DNA from: Aestuariivirgaceae bacterium
GTDB taxonomy: Bacteria > Pseudomonadota > Alphaproteobacteria > Rhizobiales > Aestuariivirgaceae
Assembly (NCBI GenBank): GCA_036555325.1
Contig: DATBLQ010000038.1
Coordinates: 38,623 to 102,622 of the forward strand
Direction: 5' to 3'
DNA: 64,000 nucleotides
A program made the position numbers and the translations under genes. Shown here in pieces: positions 44,959-54,012 of this stretch. The notes under the pieces were generated by a model. That model searched no databases and was not told where the DNA came from. It worked only from the letters and a program-made list of their open reading frames with translations. Numbering within the stretch: position 1 is the first letter of the stretch; each line of letters starts with the position of its first letter.

Positions 44959-45999
44959 TTGACACAGCGCAAATGGTGGGACCGAGACCTCCATCAGGAG
45001 AGACGACCGATGCTTTTGGCGCGCAATGCCGTCGCTGCCAAGGCGCGGGAATATTTCGCCAGCCGCGATTTTGTCGAGGTGGATGCGTCTGCTATCCAAA
45101 TCTCGCCAGGCAACGAAACCCACATTCACGCCCTGGCAGTCAACCTGCATAGGCCGGATGGAGTGTGCGTGCCGCGCTATCTTCATACATCGCCCGAGTT
45201 TGCCATGAAGAAACTTCTGGCTGCCGGAGAGGAGCGGATTTTCTACTTGGGACATGTCTTCCGCGATCGGGAGCAGGGGTCTCGGCACGCATGTGAATTC
45301 ACTATGCTGGAATGGTATCGAAGCGGGGAAACATTCGAGGAGGTCATCGACGACTGCATTCGATTGGTGCAACTCGTCGCCCGACAAGTCAAAACATCCT
45401 TGCTGCGATACCGCGAGCACACTGCCGATCCGTTCAAATCGGTGCAACGGCTTACGGTGGCGAACGCCTTCAAAAAATATGCCGAGATCGATCTGCTCGC
45501 TACGTGCGGAGAGGATGGCTCCACCGATCGTGATTGTTTTGCCCGGGCGGCACAAAAAGCGGGCCTCAAAGTGGGCAAGGCCGACAGCTGGTCGGATATA
45601 TTCAGCCGGCTTCTGGTATCGCTGATTGAGCCGAAAATCGCCGGAGAGGGTCTATGCATCCTGTACGAATATCCGCGTAGCGAGGCCGCCTTGTCGTCAG
45701 TCAATAAACGCGATCCGCGGGTGGCGGACCGTTTTGAGCTTTATGCCTGCGGGGTTGAACTCGCGAACGGTTTCCGTGAGCTGACCGATGCGAGGGAACA
45801 AAGACGCCGTTTTGAAGCGCAAATGGACGAAAAGCAGCGGATATACGGCGAACGCCATCCTTTAGATGAAGATTTTCTTGCGGCGCTGGAAAGAATGCCG
45901 GCGGCGAGCGGGGTGGCTTTGGGTTTCGATCGGCTGATCATGTTGGCCACCGGCGCGCCCGACATCAATCAAGTCGTCTGGACACCGATCACCCTCTAA
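44959..45999 (+). CDS. epmA: EF-P--(R)-beta-lysine ligase (truncated LysRS paralogue, PoxA/GenX)
   Basis: Class-II aaRS core without an anticodon domain ([40 protein letters not shown]). Start is either TTG 44959 or ATG 45010, both with good SD sequences. Confidence 0.9.
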   Translation: MTQRKWWDRDLHQERRPMLLARNAVAAKAREYFASRDFVEVDASAIQISPGNETHIHALAVNLHRPDGVCVPRYLHTSPEFAMKKLLAAGEERIFYLGHVFRDREQGSRHACEFTMLEWYRSGETFEEVIDDCIRLVQLVARQVKTSLLRYREHTADPFKSVQRLTVANAFKKYAEIDLLATCGEDGSTDRDCFARAAQKAGLKVGKADSWSDIFSRLLVSLIEPKIAGEGLCILYEYPRSEAALSSVNKRDPRVADRFELYACGVELANGFRELTDAREQRRRFEAQMDEKQRIYGERHPLDEDFLAALERMPAASGVALGFDRLIMLATGAPDINQVVWTPITL

Positions 46000-46023
46000 A
46001 TCGGCTTGCGCGGAAGTTACAGG

Positions 46024-46203
46024 TTACACTCCCGTTGGGTCGTCATGGCGCGCGTCAGTGGCGGTTTCCATCTCGTCGCTGTTACGATAGCCGAGCTTTG
46101 TGCGAAGCGCCGGCCCTTCATCGCTTTCGACGCTGCCGCGCAATTTGACGGGATCGGGCTTCTGCTTAGGTGCATGGGGTTGCTTCGGTATGCTGTGCTG
46201 CAT
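46024..46203 (-). CDS. Small hydrophilic protein (59 aa), below the ORF-track cutoff
   Basis: GGAGGGAGG lies 4 nt before ATG 46203. Translation is MQHSIPKQPHAPKQKPDPVKLRGSVESDEGPALRTKLGYRNSDEMETATDARHDDPTGV, with TAA at 46024-46026. Confidence 0.45.
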   Translation of the reverse strand: MQHSIPKQPHAPKQKPDPVKLRGSVESDEGPALRTKLGYRNSDEMETATDARHDDPTGV

Positions 46204-46408
46204 TGCCTCCCTCCAAGATCACGACAACGCGCAATAGGGGTGGGAGTTCCGACCGGCAAGGAGGTGACCCGATCGGCCCTCGGTGGCAGATATGCGGTTC
46301 AAGCCAACGTCAGAGGACGCCCGCGCCGGCATCTTGCGAAGTGTTGAAAGCTGAGTTGTGGGGTTGGCATTTGACTCGGAGGGGAATGCCCAATAGCGTG
46401 CCGTTGGA

Positions 46409-46427
46409 TGGTATGAAAGGTATACCA
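46409..46427. promoter_or_regulatory. GntR-type operator candidate overlapping the regulator's own start codon
   Basis: TGGTAT-N7-ATACCA inverted repeat with an embedded perfect palindrome GGTATACC (46419-46426). It fits the GT-N-AC core of GntR/FadR operators. Confidence 0.35.
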
Positions 46428-47146
46428 TGACCGCTGTCCGCCGACGCAAGCTTTATGAGGATATCGCCGAACGCGTCGAGCAGCGGATTATCGATGAAGA
46501 GATCGCTCCCGGTGCAAGGTTGCCATCGGAGCGACAGCTGATGCGAGAATTCGGCGTGGGCCGCCCCGCTGTCCGCGAGGCATTGTTCCATCTCAACAGG
46601 ATGGGTCTCGTTGAACTCCGTTCCGGCGAGCGGGCCCGGGTGGCAGAACCAACTCCGAAGGTTGTTTTCGAAACCCTGTCGGGAGCTGCCCGCTATTTTC
46701 TCGCAGCGCCGGGTGGGGTCAAATATTTCCAAAAGGCGCGGACGTTTTTTGAAGTGGGTCTTGCCCGATTTGCCGCGCAGAATGCGACCAAAGCGGAACT
46801 CGAGGATCTGCAAGCCGCTTTGGAAGCGAACCGGCTGTCGATCGGCGACATGCGGAAGTTTGGCGAAACGGATGTGGCCTTCCATTACCAGCTCGCCGTA
46901 ATTCCAAAGAACCCGATTTTCTGCGCGATGCATGCCGCAATCATCGAATGGCTGGTGGAGCAGCGGCTGGCGACCCTAAGCATTCCGGGGCAGAATCGAA
47001 TTGCCTATGAAGCTCATGCCGCAATCTACAAGGCGATCCGCCATGGCGATGCGGACGAAGCGGAGCGGCAGATGCGGGCGCATCTGGAGCAGGTGGCGGA
47101 ACAGTATGCAAAAGTGAAAAGCGGGAAAGCATGGAAGCCTATGTGA
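46427..47146 (+). CDS. GntR-family regulator (FadR/FCD subfamily)
   Basis: wHTH RLPSERQLMREFGVGRPAVREALFHLNRMGLVELRSGERARV plus an FCD domain. Confidence 0.9.
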   Translation: MTAVRRRKLYEDIAERVEQRIIDEEIAPGARLPSERQLMREFGVGRPAVREALFHLNRMGLVELRSGERARVAEPTPKVVFETLSGAARYFLAAPGGVKYFQKARTFFEVGLARFAAQNATKAELEDLQAALEANRLSIGDMRKFGETDVAFHYQLAVIPKNPIFCAMHAAIIEWLVEQRLATLSIPGQNRIAYEAHAAIYKAIRHGDADEAERQMRAHLEQVAEQYAKVKSGKAWKPM

Positions 47147-47445
47147 TCATCGTCGACTTCCAAATTAAACCGGGCAGCAAGGCTCAATTCCGGCAATTGG
47201 TGGACGCCAATGCCCGGGACTCGTGCCGTAATGAGCCGGGTTGTCGGCGGTTCGACGTGCTGGAAGTTCCAGAGGATGCCAACAGGGTTCTGCTCTATGA
47301 AATCTACAATGACCGAGAGGCATTCGAGGCGCATGTGCAAACAGCGCATTTCGCAATTTTCAACAAGGCAAGCGCCCTGCATGTAACCCAGAAGAAGGTC
47401 GTTGCCTGCAATCTCGTATATGAAGGATCGGCGGGAGGCATTTGA
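47131..47445 (+). CDS. Antibiotic-biosynthesis-monooxygenase (ABM) domain protein
   Basis: 104 aa ferredoxin-like fold signature (VIIVDFQIKPG...EPGCRRFDV...LYEIYNDREAFEAHVQTAHF). Confidence 0.8.
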   Translation: MEAYVIIVDFQIKPGSKAQFRQLVDANARDSCRNEPGCRRFDVLEVPEDANRVLLYEIYNDREAFEAHVQTAHFAIFNKASALHVTQKKVVACNLVYEGSAGGI

Positions 47446-47469
47446 TTGTCCATGAGCAGGGAGTGAAAC

Positions 47470-48270
47470 ATGGGGGCTGCAGGTCTAAAGGCGATGACCC
47501 GTACGAGAGATCTCAAACTCGGTCATTTCATCGTGGAGTTCGCAACGCCGGGGATCGGCCACATCATGAAGTCTGCCGGATGCGAGTTTGCGCTTTTCGA
47601 CATGGAGCATTCGGGCTTCGGTTTCGAAACGGTGAAGAGCGCCATCCGCTATTTGGAAGCAGGCGGAGTTGCCCCGATCGTCCGGGTGCCATCCAAGGAA
47701 TATCACCATATCGCTCGCGCCTGCGACATGGGGGCGGAAGGGTTGATGGTGCCTATGGTCAACAGCGCCGCGGAAGCGCGGACGATCGTCGACTGCATGA
47801 AGTACCACCCCCTTGGACGACGCGGGGTGGCGTTGCAGGTGGCGCATGACCGATACCGCGCGGGCGCTGTGGCGGAAAAGCTCGCAAGCGCAAACAAGAC
47901 GACCACGCTTTTCTGCCAAATCGAAACAGCCGACGGTGTAGCCAACGCCGACGCCATTGCGGCGATCGAGGGAGTTGATTGCCTGTGGGTGGGGCATTTC
48001 GACCTCTCGGTATCGCTGGGCATTCCGGGCGAGTTCGCACATCGCAAGTTCAAGTCATCGATTGACAAGGTCATCTCAGCAACCCGCAAGCACAACAAGG
48101 CGCTTGGCCGTCTGGTGCCGACGGTCGACCAGGGAGCGGAATTCTTTGCGCAAGGTTTCGATTTCATCTGTTATTCTGGAGATGTCTGGGTTTTGCACAA
48201 CGCGCTTTCAGACGCCGTCTCTGCCTTGCGGGCGAGGTGCAAACCGAAATTGAAGCGAGAGCGGACGTGA
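47470..48270 (+). CDS. HpcH/HpaI-family 2-keto-3-deoxy-acid aldolase
   Basis: Motifs FALFDMEHSGF, IVRVPS, GLMVPMVNSAAEA and ETADGVANADAIAAIEGVDCLWVGHFDLS. Confidence 0.85.
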   Translation: MGAAGLKAMTRTRDLKLGHFIVEFATPGIGHIMKSAGCEFALFDMEHSGFGFETVKSAIRYLEAGGVAPIVRVPSKEYHHIARACDMGAEGLMVPMVNSAAEARTIVDCMKYHPLGRRGVALQVAHDRYRAGAVAEKLASANKTTTLFCQIETADGVANADAIAAIEGVDCLWVGHFDLSVSLGIPGEFAHRKFKSSIDKVISATRKHNKALGRLVPTVDQGAEFFAQGFDFICYSGDVWVLHNALSDAVSALRARCKPKLKRERT

Positions 48271-49325
48271 TGGACAAGTTTCGCGTGGCCCTTTCAGGAG
48301 ATTTCAAAAAGCCGGACGGATCCCCGACCTTTCCTGATTTCGACTTAGGACCGCTCGCATCCGCGCGTGGTATCGAAATGGCGTTCCTTGAGGACGCCAA
48401 CCCGATCGAAGCTCGGCAAATCGCGGATTTCGATGCGCTGATCCTTCTTGTTCCTCGCTTTGCCCGCGAAAGCATTCATCCCAACGGCCGACTTTCGGTC
48501 GTGGCGCGTTTCGGTGTCGGTTACGATAACGTCGATGTCGGCGCTCTGACCGAGGCGGGCATTCCACTGGTCATCACTCCAGATGGCGTTCGCCGCCCGG
48601 TTGCTGTTTCCATTCTCACGCTGATGCTGGCGCTCACCGGGAAACTGCTGATCAAGGACCGGCTGACCCGCATGGGTCCCGAAGGCTTCAACCAGCGCGC
48701 CAAATTCATGGGTGTGGGGCTGGTCGGCCTCACGCTCGGTTCCGTGGGCATCGGCAATATCGGAGCCGAAATGTTCAGGTTGGCCAAACCGCTGGACATG
48801 AAGTTCATTGCCCACGATCCTTATGCCGATCCGAAAGTGGCGGCGGAGCTCGGGGTGGAACTGGTGGGCTTGAGCGATGTCTTTCGCCGGGCCGACGTCG
48901 TTACTGTCAATTGTCCGCTATCGCCTGAAACGCATCATCTGGTCAACGCCGAACGTCTCGCGCTGATGAAACCCACGGCCTACCTTATCAATACTGCGCG
49001 CGGACCTATCGTCGACCAGAAAGCCTTGACTGCAATACTGAGCGAACGGCGCATAGCAGGAGCGGGTTTGGATGTGCTTGAGGCCGAGCCGCCTTCAGCC
49101 GACGATCCAATATTGAAACTCGACAATGTGATTCTTACACCTCATGCCCTGTGCTGGACCAACCAATGTTTCGCGGGAATCGGTGTGGCGGACGTGAGGG
49201 CGGTGACCGACCTTCAACATGGTCGCGTACCGAACGGCGTGGTCAATCGGGAGGTGCTGAACGATCCGCGTTTTCGCGCGCGGCTTAGCAAATTCAGGGA
49301 GAAGTTTGCGGCTTTGGCACAGTGA
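48270..49325 (+). CDS. D-isomer-specific 2-hydroxyacid dehydrogenase
   Basis: NAD motif GLTLGSVGIGNIGAEM, INTARGPIVD, and catalytic His context LTPHALCWT. ATG 48270 overlaps the upstream TGA. Confidence 0.9.
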   Translation: MDKFRVALSGDFKKPDGSPTFPDFDLGPLASARGIEMAFLEDANPIEARQIADFDALILLVPRFARESIHPNGRLSVVARFGVGYDNVDVGALTEAGIPLVITPDGVRRPVAVSILTLMLALTGKLLIKDRLTRMGPEGFNQRAKFMGVGLVGLTLGSVGIGNIGAEMFRLAKPLDMKFIAHDPYADPKVAAELGVELVGLSDVFRRADVVTVNCPLSPETHHLVNAERLALMKPTAYLINTARGPIVDQKALTAILSERRIAGAGLDVLEAEPPSADDPILKLDNVILTPHALCWTNQCFAGIGVADVRAVTDLQHGRVPNGVVNREVLNDPRFRARLSKFREKFAALAQ

Positions 49326-49382
49326 CAGGCAACGGCCGAAGCGAATGGAAGTGCGTATAATAATTTCAGGGAGGAATGCATC

Positions 49383-51041
49383 ATGAATAGCCGTCAAAGA
49401 CGTGATTTTGAAGCCGGGCTGGCCGCAGATGTCGATGCCTGGCTAAGGGGCAAACCAACTCGCCGTGAGTTCATAAAGAAGTTCGGGCAACTGACAGGCA
49501 TGCTGGCGATCGGCGGGGGTATTCTGCCAGCCTTTACTCAGCATCTGCTTGCTCAAGCGGCTACCGATCTTGCCGATCCGTCGACGCCCTTGGGCCAAGC
49601 GCAAGCGCTGGCGGTCAAGGCATCGACCGAAGGTCCGACGGACGGGTCAGCCTATCGGGCCACTCAGGCGGCCAAGCAATATTCCGGCATTACCATCAAC
49701 ATGACCTACGAGGTGGGTCTGCAGGCTCTCGATCCGCGGAACTTCTCGGGCCCGCTGTGGGAGCAACTCACCGGCATCAAATCGAACGTGGTTGAACTCA
49801 CCAATCCCGATCAATATTCAAAGCCGGTGGCCGAGCACATCGCCGGTTCGGGAGCCTATGACGTGCTTGATGTATCACCAGGCTGGACACCGTCGCTTGC
49901 CGATGGCGGCGTGATAGCACCCCTTGATGACTACATCGCCAAATACATGAACACGGCGGATCTGGAAGACTACCATCCGCTGTATCGCGCGCTCCCCACC
50001 TACAAGGGCAAGGTTTGGGGTTTCTTCGATGATGGCGACATGTTCGCCCTCTATTATCGCAAGGATATCTTCGAGGATGCGAAACTGAAGGAGGCCTATC
50101 AAGCCAAGTTCAGCAAGGCCCTGGAGGTGCCGAAGACGTGGGAAGACTACGCCCAGGTGGCGCAATTCATCACGGACCAGATGGCGCCCAATGTGTATGG
50201 CGCCGGCCATTTCCGCAAAGCCGGCAATCCGGGCAACCAGTTCGATTTTCTGCAGCAGTTCCGGGCAAACAACGGGGAATTCTTCAATAACGAAATGAAA
50301 GCGCAGCTGGCTTCCGACGCGGGCGTGAAAACCCTGCAGAATATGATAGCTGCCAATGCGGCATCGATACCGGGCAACAACGAGCTCGATGCCGTGTCGT
50401 TGTGGGTTGCCTGGCTGCAAGGCAAGGTGGCGATGATCTATTCCTGGCCGCCGACGGGGCGCATGACTGCCGGCTATTCGCAGAGCGACAAGGCGATCAA
50501 CTTCGTTCCGCAGTCGACAATAGCAGACAAGGTCGGCTACGCCGTCGTGCCGGGCAATCCGGAACATGCCGCCGGTTACAACAAAGCGCTCGCGGCAGAT
50601 TCGAGCAATCCCGACGCTGCATTCCTATTCATGCAGTGGGCGACATCGCCGCCGGTGTCGTTGGCCCGTGTCATGTTGCCTTATGCGCTGCGGGATCCCT
50701 ACCGGCTTTCGCATTTCAAGTCGGAGCTCTACGGACAGCTTTTCCCCACCGCGAAAGAGTACCTGCGCAACCTCAATAACTCGGCCAACGTCGGGGTGCT
50801 CGACATGATCATGCCGGGGGCACAAGACTACGGACTGAGTCTCGATCGGATGTGCACGGCGGTATGGGCTGGTGCCGATCCCAAGTCTTCGCTTGAGACA
50901 GCGGCGGCGGAATGGGACGCAACGACCGAGCGTTTGGGCGTTGATTCGCAAAGGGCCTTCTATCAGGAATTCCTGAAGCTTCCGGGGGCGACCGCGGCGA
51001 ACACGGTGGAAAAACTCGGTATGGCCGTCAAGCTCGACTAG
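49383..51041 (+). CDS. ABC transporter substrate-binding protein (family 1 / CUT1-like, unusually long, Tat signal)
   Basis: Twin-arginine leader PTRREFIKKFGQLTGMLAIGGG. 552 aa sugar-type SBP body. Confidence 0.85.
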   Translation: MNSRQRRDFEAGLAADVDAWLRGKPTRREFIKKFGQLTGMLAIGGGILPAFTQHLLAQAATDLADPSTPLGQAQALAVKASTEGPTDGSAYRATQAAKQYSGITINMTYEVGLQALDPRNFSGPLWEQLTGIKSNVVELTNPDQYSKPVAEHIAGSGAYDVLDVSPGWTPSLADGGVIAPLDDYIAKYMNTADLEDYHPLYRALPTYKGKVWGFFDDGDMFALYYRKDIFEDAKLKEAYQAKFSKALEVPKTWEDYAQVAQFITDQMAPNVYGAGHFRKAGNPGNQFDFLQQFRANNGEFFNNEMKAQLASDAGVKTLQNMIAANAASIPGNNELDAVSLWVAWLQGKVAMIYSWPPTGRMTAGYSQSDKAINFVPQSTIADKVGYAVVPGNPEHAAGYNKALAADSSNPDAAFLFMQWATSPPVSLARVMLPYALRDPYRLSHFKSELYGQLFPTAKEYLRNLNNSANVGVLDMIMPGAQDYGLSLDRMCTAVWAGADPKSSLETAAAEWDATTERLGVDSQRAFYQEFLKLPGATAANTVEKLGMAVKLD

Positions 51042-51095
51042 CTAAGCAAGGGGCGGGCCGCATACGGCCCGCCGACCTTTTGAGCAACGGGTGAA

Positions 51096-52040
51096 ATGGC
51101 CAATACCGCACTCCCCAGAAAAATGGCAGCCGCCAACGGAGCGCGGCGGGCGGCGGCGTTTTCGGAATGGAGCGATCGGCATTTCAAATGGCTGCTCGTG
51201 GCGCCCGCCGTAATCCTCATCCTGGCGCTTTCGATCTATCCCTTGATTTTCTCACTGGTTGTTTCGTTCATCAATTATGACTTTCAAATTCCTGGCCATG
51301 CTTTTGTCGGTCTGAAAAACTTTCGCCAAGTGGTTTTCGATCCGGTGGCGCGCTGGTCAATTGTGTTAACGGCAATGCTGGCGGCGGCGAATGTGACCAT
51401 CGAGTTTCTCCTGGGCCTCATCCTGGCGCTTCTCATGGTGAAACACTTCCGCGGCCGCGGCTTGTTCATATCGATCTTCATCATACCGCTGTTCATCAGT
51501 CCGGTTATCGTTGGCCAGGCGTGGGCGCTGCTTCTTCAGCGTCCGTTCGGCCCAACCAACTATATCCTCAGCCAACTCCTCGGTTACGATGTGAAGATCA
51601 GCTGGCTGACGGAAAGCCCATGGCTCTATTTCGCTATCATCGCCGCGGATGTTTGGCAGTGGACGCCTTTCATGTTCGTCATTCTACTTGCCGGCCTGAC
51701 GGCCATTCCGCAAAATCTCTACGAAGCGGCAGAGCTCGACGGGGTGGGCGGGTGGCGCGCATTCTGGGCGATAACAGTACCGCATCTTGCCCCGATGATG
51801 CTGCTGGCAATCACGCTCAGGCTGCTCGACACGACGAAGCTCTTTGACACCATTTTCATCATGACAGGCGGTGGACCGGGCACCAAGACCTATACGGCAT
51901 CCTTCTATCTTTACACGGTAGGTTTCGCCCAATTTCACATTTCGATGGCGACGGCGGGAAGCTGGATTTTTCTCGTTCTCACGCTGATCGTCGTCACGTT
52001 TCTTGTGCGGCGATTGCTGAAGGCGGAGCAAACGGCATGA
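51096..52040 (+). CDS. Carbohydrate ABC transporter permease
   Basis: MalF/UgpA-like, with EAA loop YEAAELDGVGGWRAFWAITVPHLAP. Confidence 0.9.
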   Translation: MANTALPRKMAAANGARRAAAFSEWSDRHFKWLLVAPAVILILALSIYPLIFSLVVSFINYDFQIPGHAFVGLKNFRQVVFDPVARWSIVLTAMLAAANVTIEFLLGLILALLMVKHFRGRGLFISIFIIPLFISPVIVGQAWALLLQRPFGPTNYILSQLLGYDVKISWLTESPWLYFAIIAADVWQWTPFMFVILLAGLTAIPQNLYEAAELDGVGGWRAFWAITVPHLAPMMLLAITLRLLDTTKLFDTIFIMTGGGPGTKTYTASFYLYTVGFAQFHISMATAGSWIFLVLTLIVVTFLVRRLLKAEQTA

Positions 52041-52888
52041 GCGCAGCAGTGACGCGCCAGTTGCGACGACGCCATCGCCCTACCGGGATTGGCCGCTTTC
52101 TGATCCTCGGTCTGTTTGTCCTGTTTGTGCTGGCACCGCTCTACTGGATGTTCATCACTTCGATCAAGCCGAGCGACGACTATCTGGCGGTGCCGCCGGT
52201 ATGGTTTCCCGAGAAACCGACGCTTATCCACTATACCGTTTCGCTATTTGCCTATCGTGGTCTCAAAGGATTGATCAACAGCCTCATTATCTCGCTTGCC
52301 GCAACATTTCTCTCGGCGCTGTTCGGCTCGCTGATGGCATACAGTCTCGCCCGCTTCAATACGGGGGGAAAACACCTCTCATTCTGGGTACTTTCACAGC
52401 GGTTTCTTCCGCCGGTGGCAATCGTGCTGCCGGTATTTTTGATCTATCGCTATGTCAAGCTGCACGACACCCATATTGGGCTGATCATTGCGTACACGGT
52501 CTTCACACTGCCGGTGTCGGTGTGGATGATGTATGCCTATTTTCGCCAGTTGCCGAGATCGATGGAAGATGCGGCACTGGTCGACGGCTGTACGCGCTGG
52601 CAGGCCCTCTGGCGGGTCGCTTTGCCCTTGGCTGCGCCGGGAATTGTTGCCGCAGCCGTATTCGCATTCATTGCGTGTTGGACCGAATTCTTCTTCGCGC
52701 TGGTTCTCACCAGCCGCGATTCCTTTACTCTGCCGACGGTGTTCCGAGCTTTTATCGGCTTTCAAGGAGCCCTGTATGGTGAAGCGAGCGCTTTGGCCAT
52801 AGTCTCGCTTGCTCCATCGATCGCGCTGGGCATCCTCGTTCAGCGCCATCTTGTGCGCGGGCTGACACTCGGTGCGTTGCGGGGATGA
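52037..52888 (+). CDS. Carbohydrate ABC transporter permease
   Basis: MalG/UgpE-like, with EAA loop [27 protein letters not shown] 4-nt overlap with the upstream gene. Confidence 0.9.
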   Translation: MSAAVTRQLRRRHRPTGIGRFLILGLFVLFVLAPLYWMFITSIKPSDDYLAVPPVWFPEKPTLIHYTVSLFAYRGLKGLINSLIISLAATFLSALFGSLMAYSLARFNTGGKHLSFWVLSQRFLPPVAIVLPVFLIYRYVKLHDTHIGLIIAYTVFTLPVSVWMMYAYFRQLPRSMEDAALVDGCTRWQALWRVALPLAAPGIVAAAVFAFIACWTEFFFALVLTSRDSFTLPTVFRAFIGFQGALYGEASALAIVSLAPSIALGILVQRHLVRGLTLGALRG

Positions 52889-52907
52889 ACCTAGCGATGG
52901 CAAATCG

Positions 52908-53999
52908 ATGGCGAACGTAAGCATCAATAAATTGCAAAAGCGCTATGGCGGGGTCGAGGCGCTCAGTGGCATCGATCTGGAAATCGCGGATGGTGAATTC
53001 GCGGTTCTGGTTGGGCCATCGGGTTGCGGCAAGAGCACGCTTTTGCGTACCATCGCGGGGCTCGAGGACATTACCGAAGGTACCATCGCCATCGGCGGCG
53101 AAGTGGTGAACAACATGCGGCCGCGGGACCGCGACGTCGCCATGGTGTTCCAGGACTACGCCCTCTATCCGCACATGACAGTCTACAACAACATCGGTTT
53201 TGGCCTTATGGCGCGGAAATTTCCGAAAGCGGATGTCGAAAAAAGGGTGAAGGCCGCAGCAAAAATGCTCGGCATCGAGGGACTGCTTAGCCGTTACCCC
53301 AGGCAGCTCTCCGGAGGCCAGCGCCAGAGAGTCGCCATCGGACGCGCAATCGTTCGCAATCCGCAGATATTTCTGTTCGATGAGCCGCTAAGCAATCTCG
53401 ATGCTCAATTGCGCGATGAAATGCGCAGCGAGATCAAGCGCCTGCATCAGGAGTTGGGCACCACGATGATCTATGTGACTCATGATCAGATCGAGGCGAT
53501 GACGCTTGCCGACAGGATCGTGCTCCTGCGCGACGGCAAGATTGAGCAGGCGGGCACGCCGCTTGAGCTTTACGAGCGACCGGAGACGCATTTCGTCGCC
53601 GGCTTCCTGGGCTCGCCGCAGATGAACTTCATTGCCGCGAAACTGTCGGGCTCCAAGGGCAAGTTCAGCATCGAGCTCGACGGCGGAGAGACCCTGCCGA
53701 TCGTCAAGGACATGTCGACCCCGGCGGAAACACGCGACATCATCGTAGGCTTGCGACCGCAGCACATCACGCGTGCACACGGCACCACCATTCGCAATGG
53801 CCACGCATACGTGAGCGCAAAGGTTGAACTCGTACAGCCGACAGGATCGCGCTCCTACATCACCTTTCCCTTGGGCGGCACCTCGGTTGTCGCGGAGCTC
53901 GATCCGCATGACGTGCACCGCCCGGGAGAGGCTATCGAACTGGATTTCAATATGAACCGGGCGATACTCATCGATCCGAATACGGAACGGGTTATTTAA
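52908..53999 (+). CDS. Carbohydrate ABC transporter ATP-binding protein (MalK/UgpC type)
   Basis: Walker [36 protein letters not shown] and a C-terminal TOBE/regulatory domain. ATG 52908 gives [11 protein letters not shown]. Confidence 0.9.
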   Translation: MANVSINKLQKRYGGVEALSGIDLEIADGEFAVLVGPSGCGKSTLLRTIAGLEDITEGTIAIGGEVVNNMRPRDRDVAMVFQDYALYPHMTVYNNIGFGLMARKFPKADVEKRVKAAAKMLGIEGLLSRYPRQLSGGQRQRVAIGRAIVRNPQIFLFDEPLSNLDAQLRDEMRSEIKRLHQELGTTMIYVTHDQIEAMTLADRIVLLRDGKIEQAGTPLELYERPETHFVAGFLGSPQMNFIAAKLSGSKGKFSIELDGGETLPIVKDMSTPAETRDIIVGLRPQHITRAHGTTIRNGHAYVSAKVELVQPTGSRSYITFPLGGTSVVAELDPHDVHRPGEAIELDFNMNRAILIDPNTERVI

Positions 54000-54012
54000 G
54001 TGAGGAAACGCA

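Noticed and set aside
44844-44972. ATG 44972 as the efp start (233-aa product)
   Set aside because: The extra 43 residues (Cys/Leu-rich) have no counterpart in EF-P. Homology begins exactly at the TTG-encoded (M)AKVIASS.
46006-46347. Track ORFs 46006..46347 (+) and 46017..46259 (-) in the epmA/GntR gap
   Set aside because: No SD and Arg/Cys-rich composition. The 59-codon minus-strand ORF with GGAGGGAGG is a better explanation, although it is itself unconfirmed.
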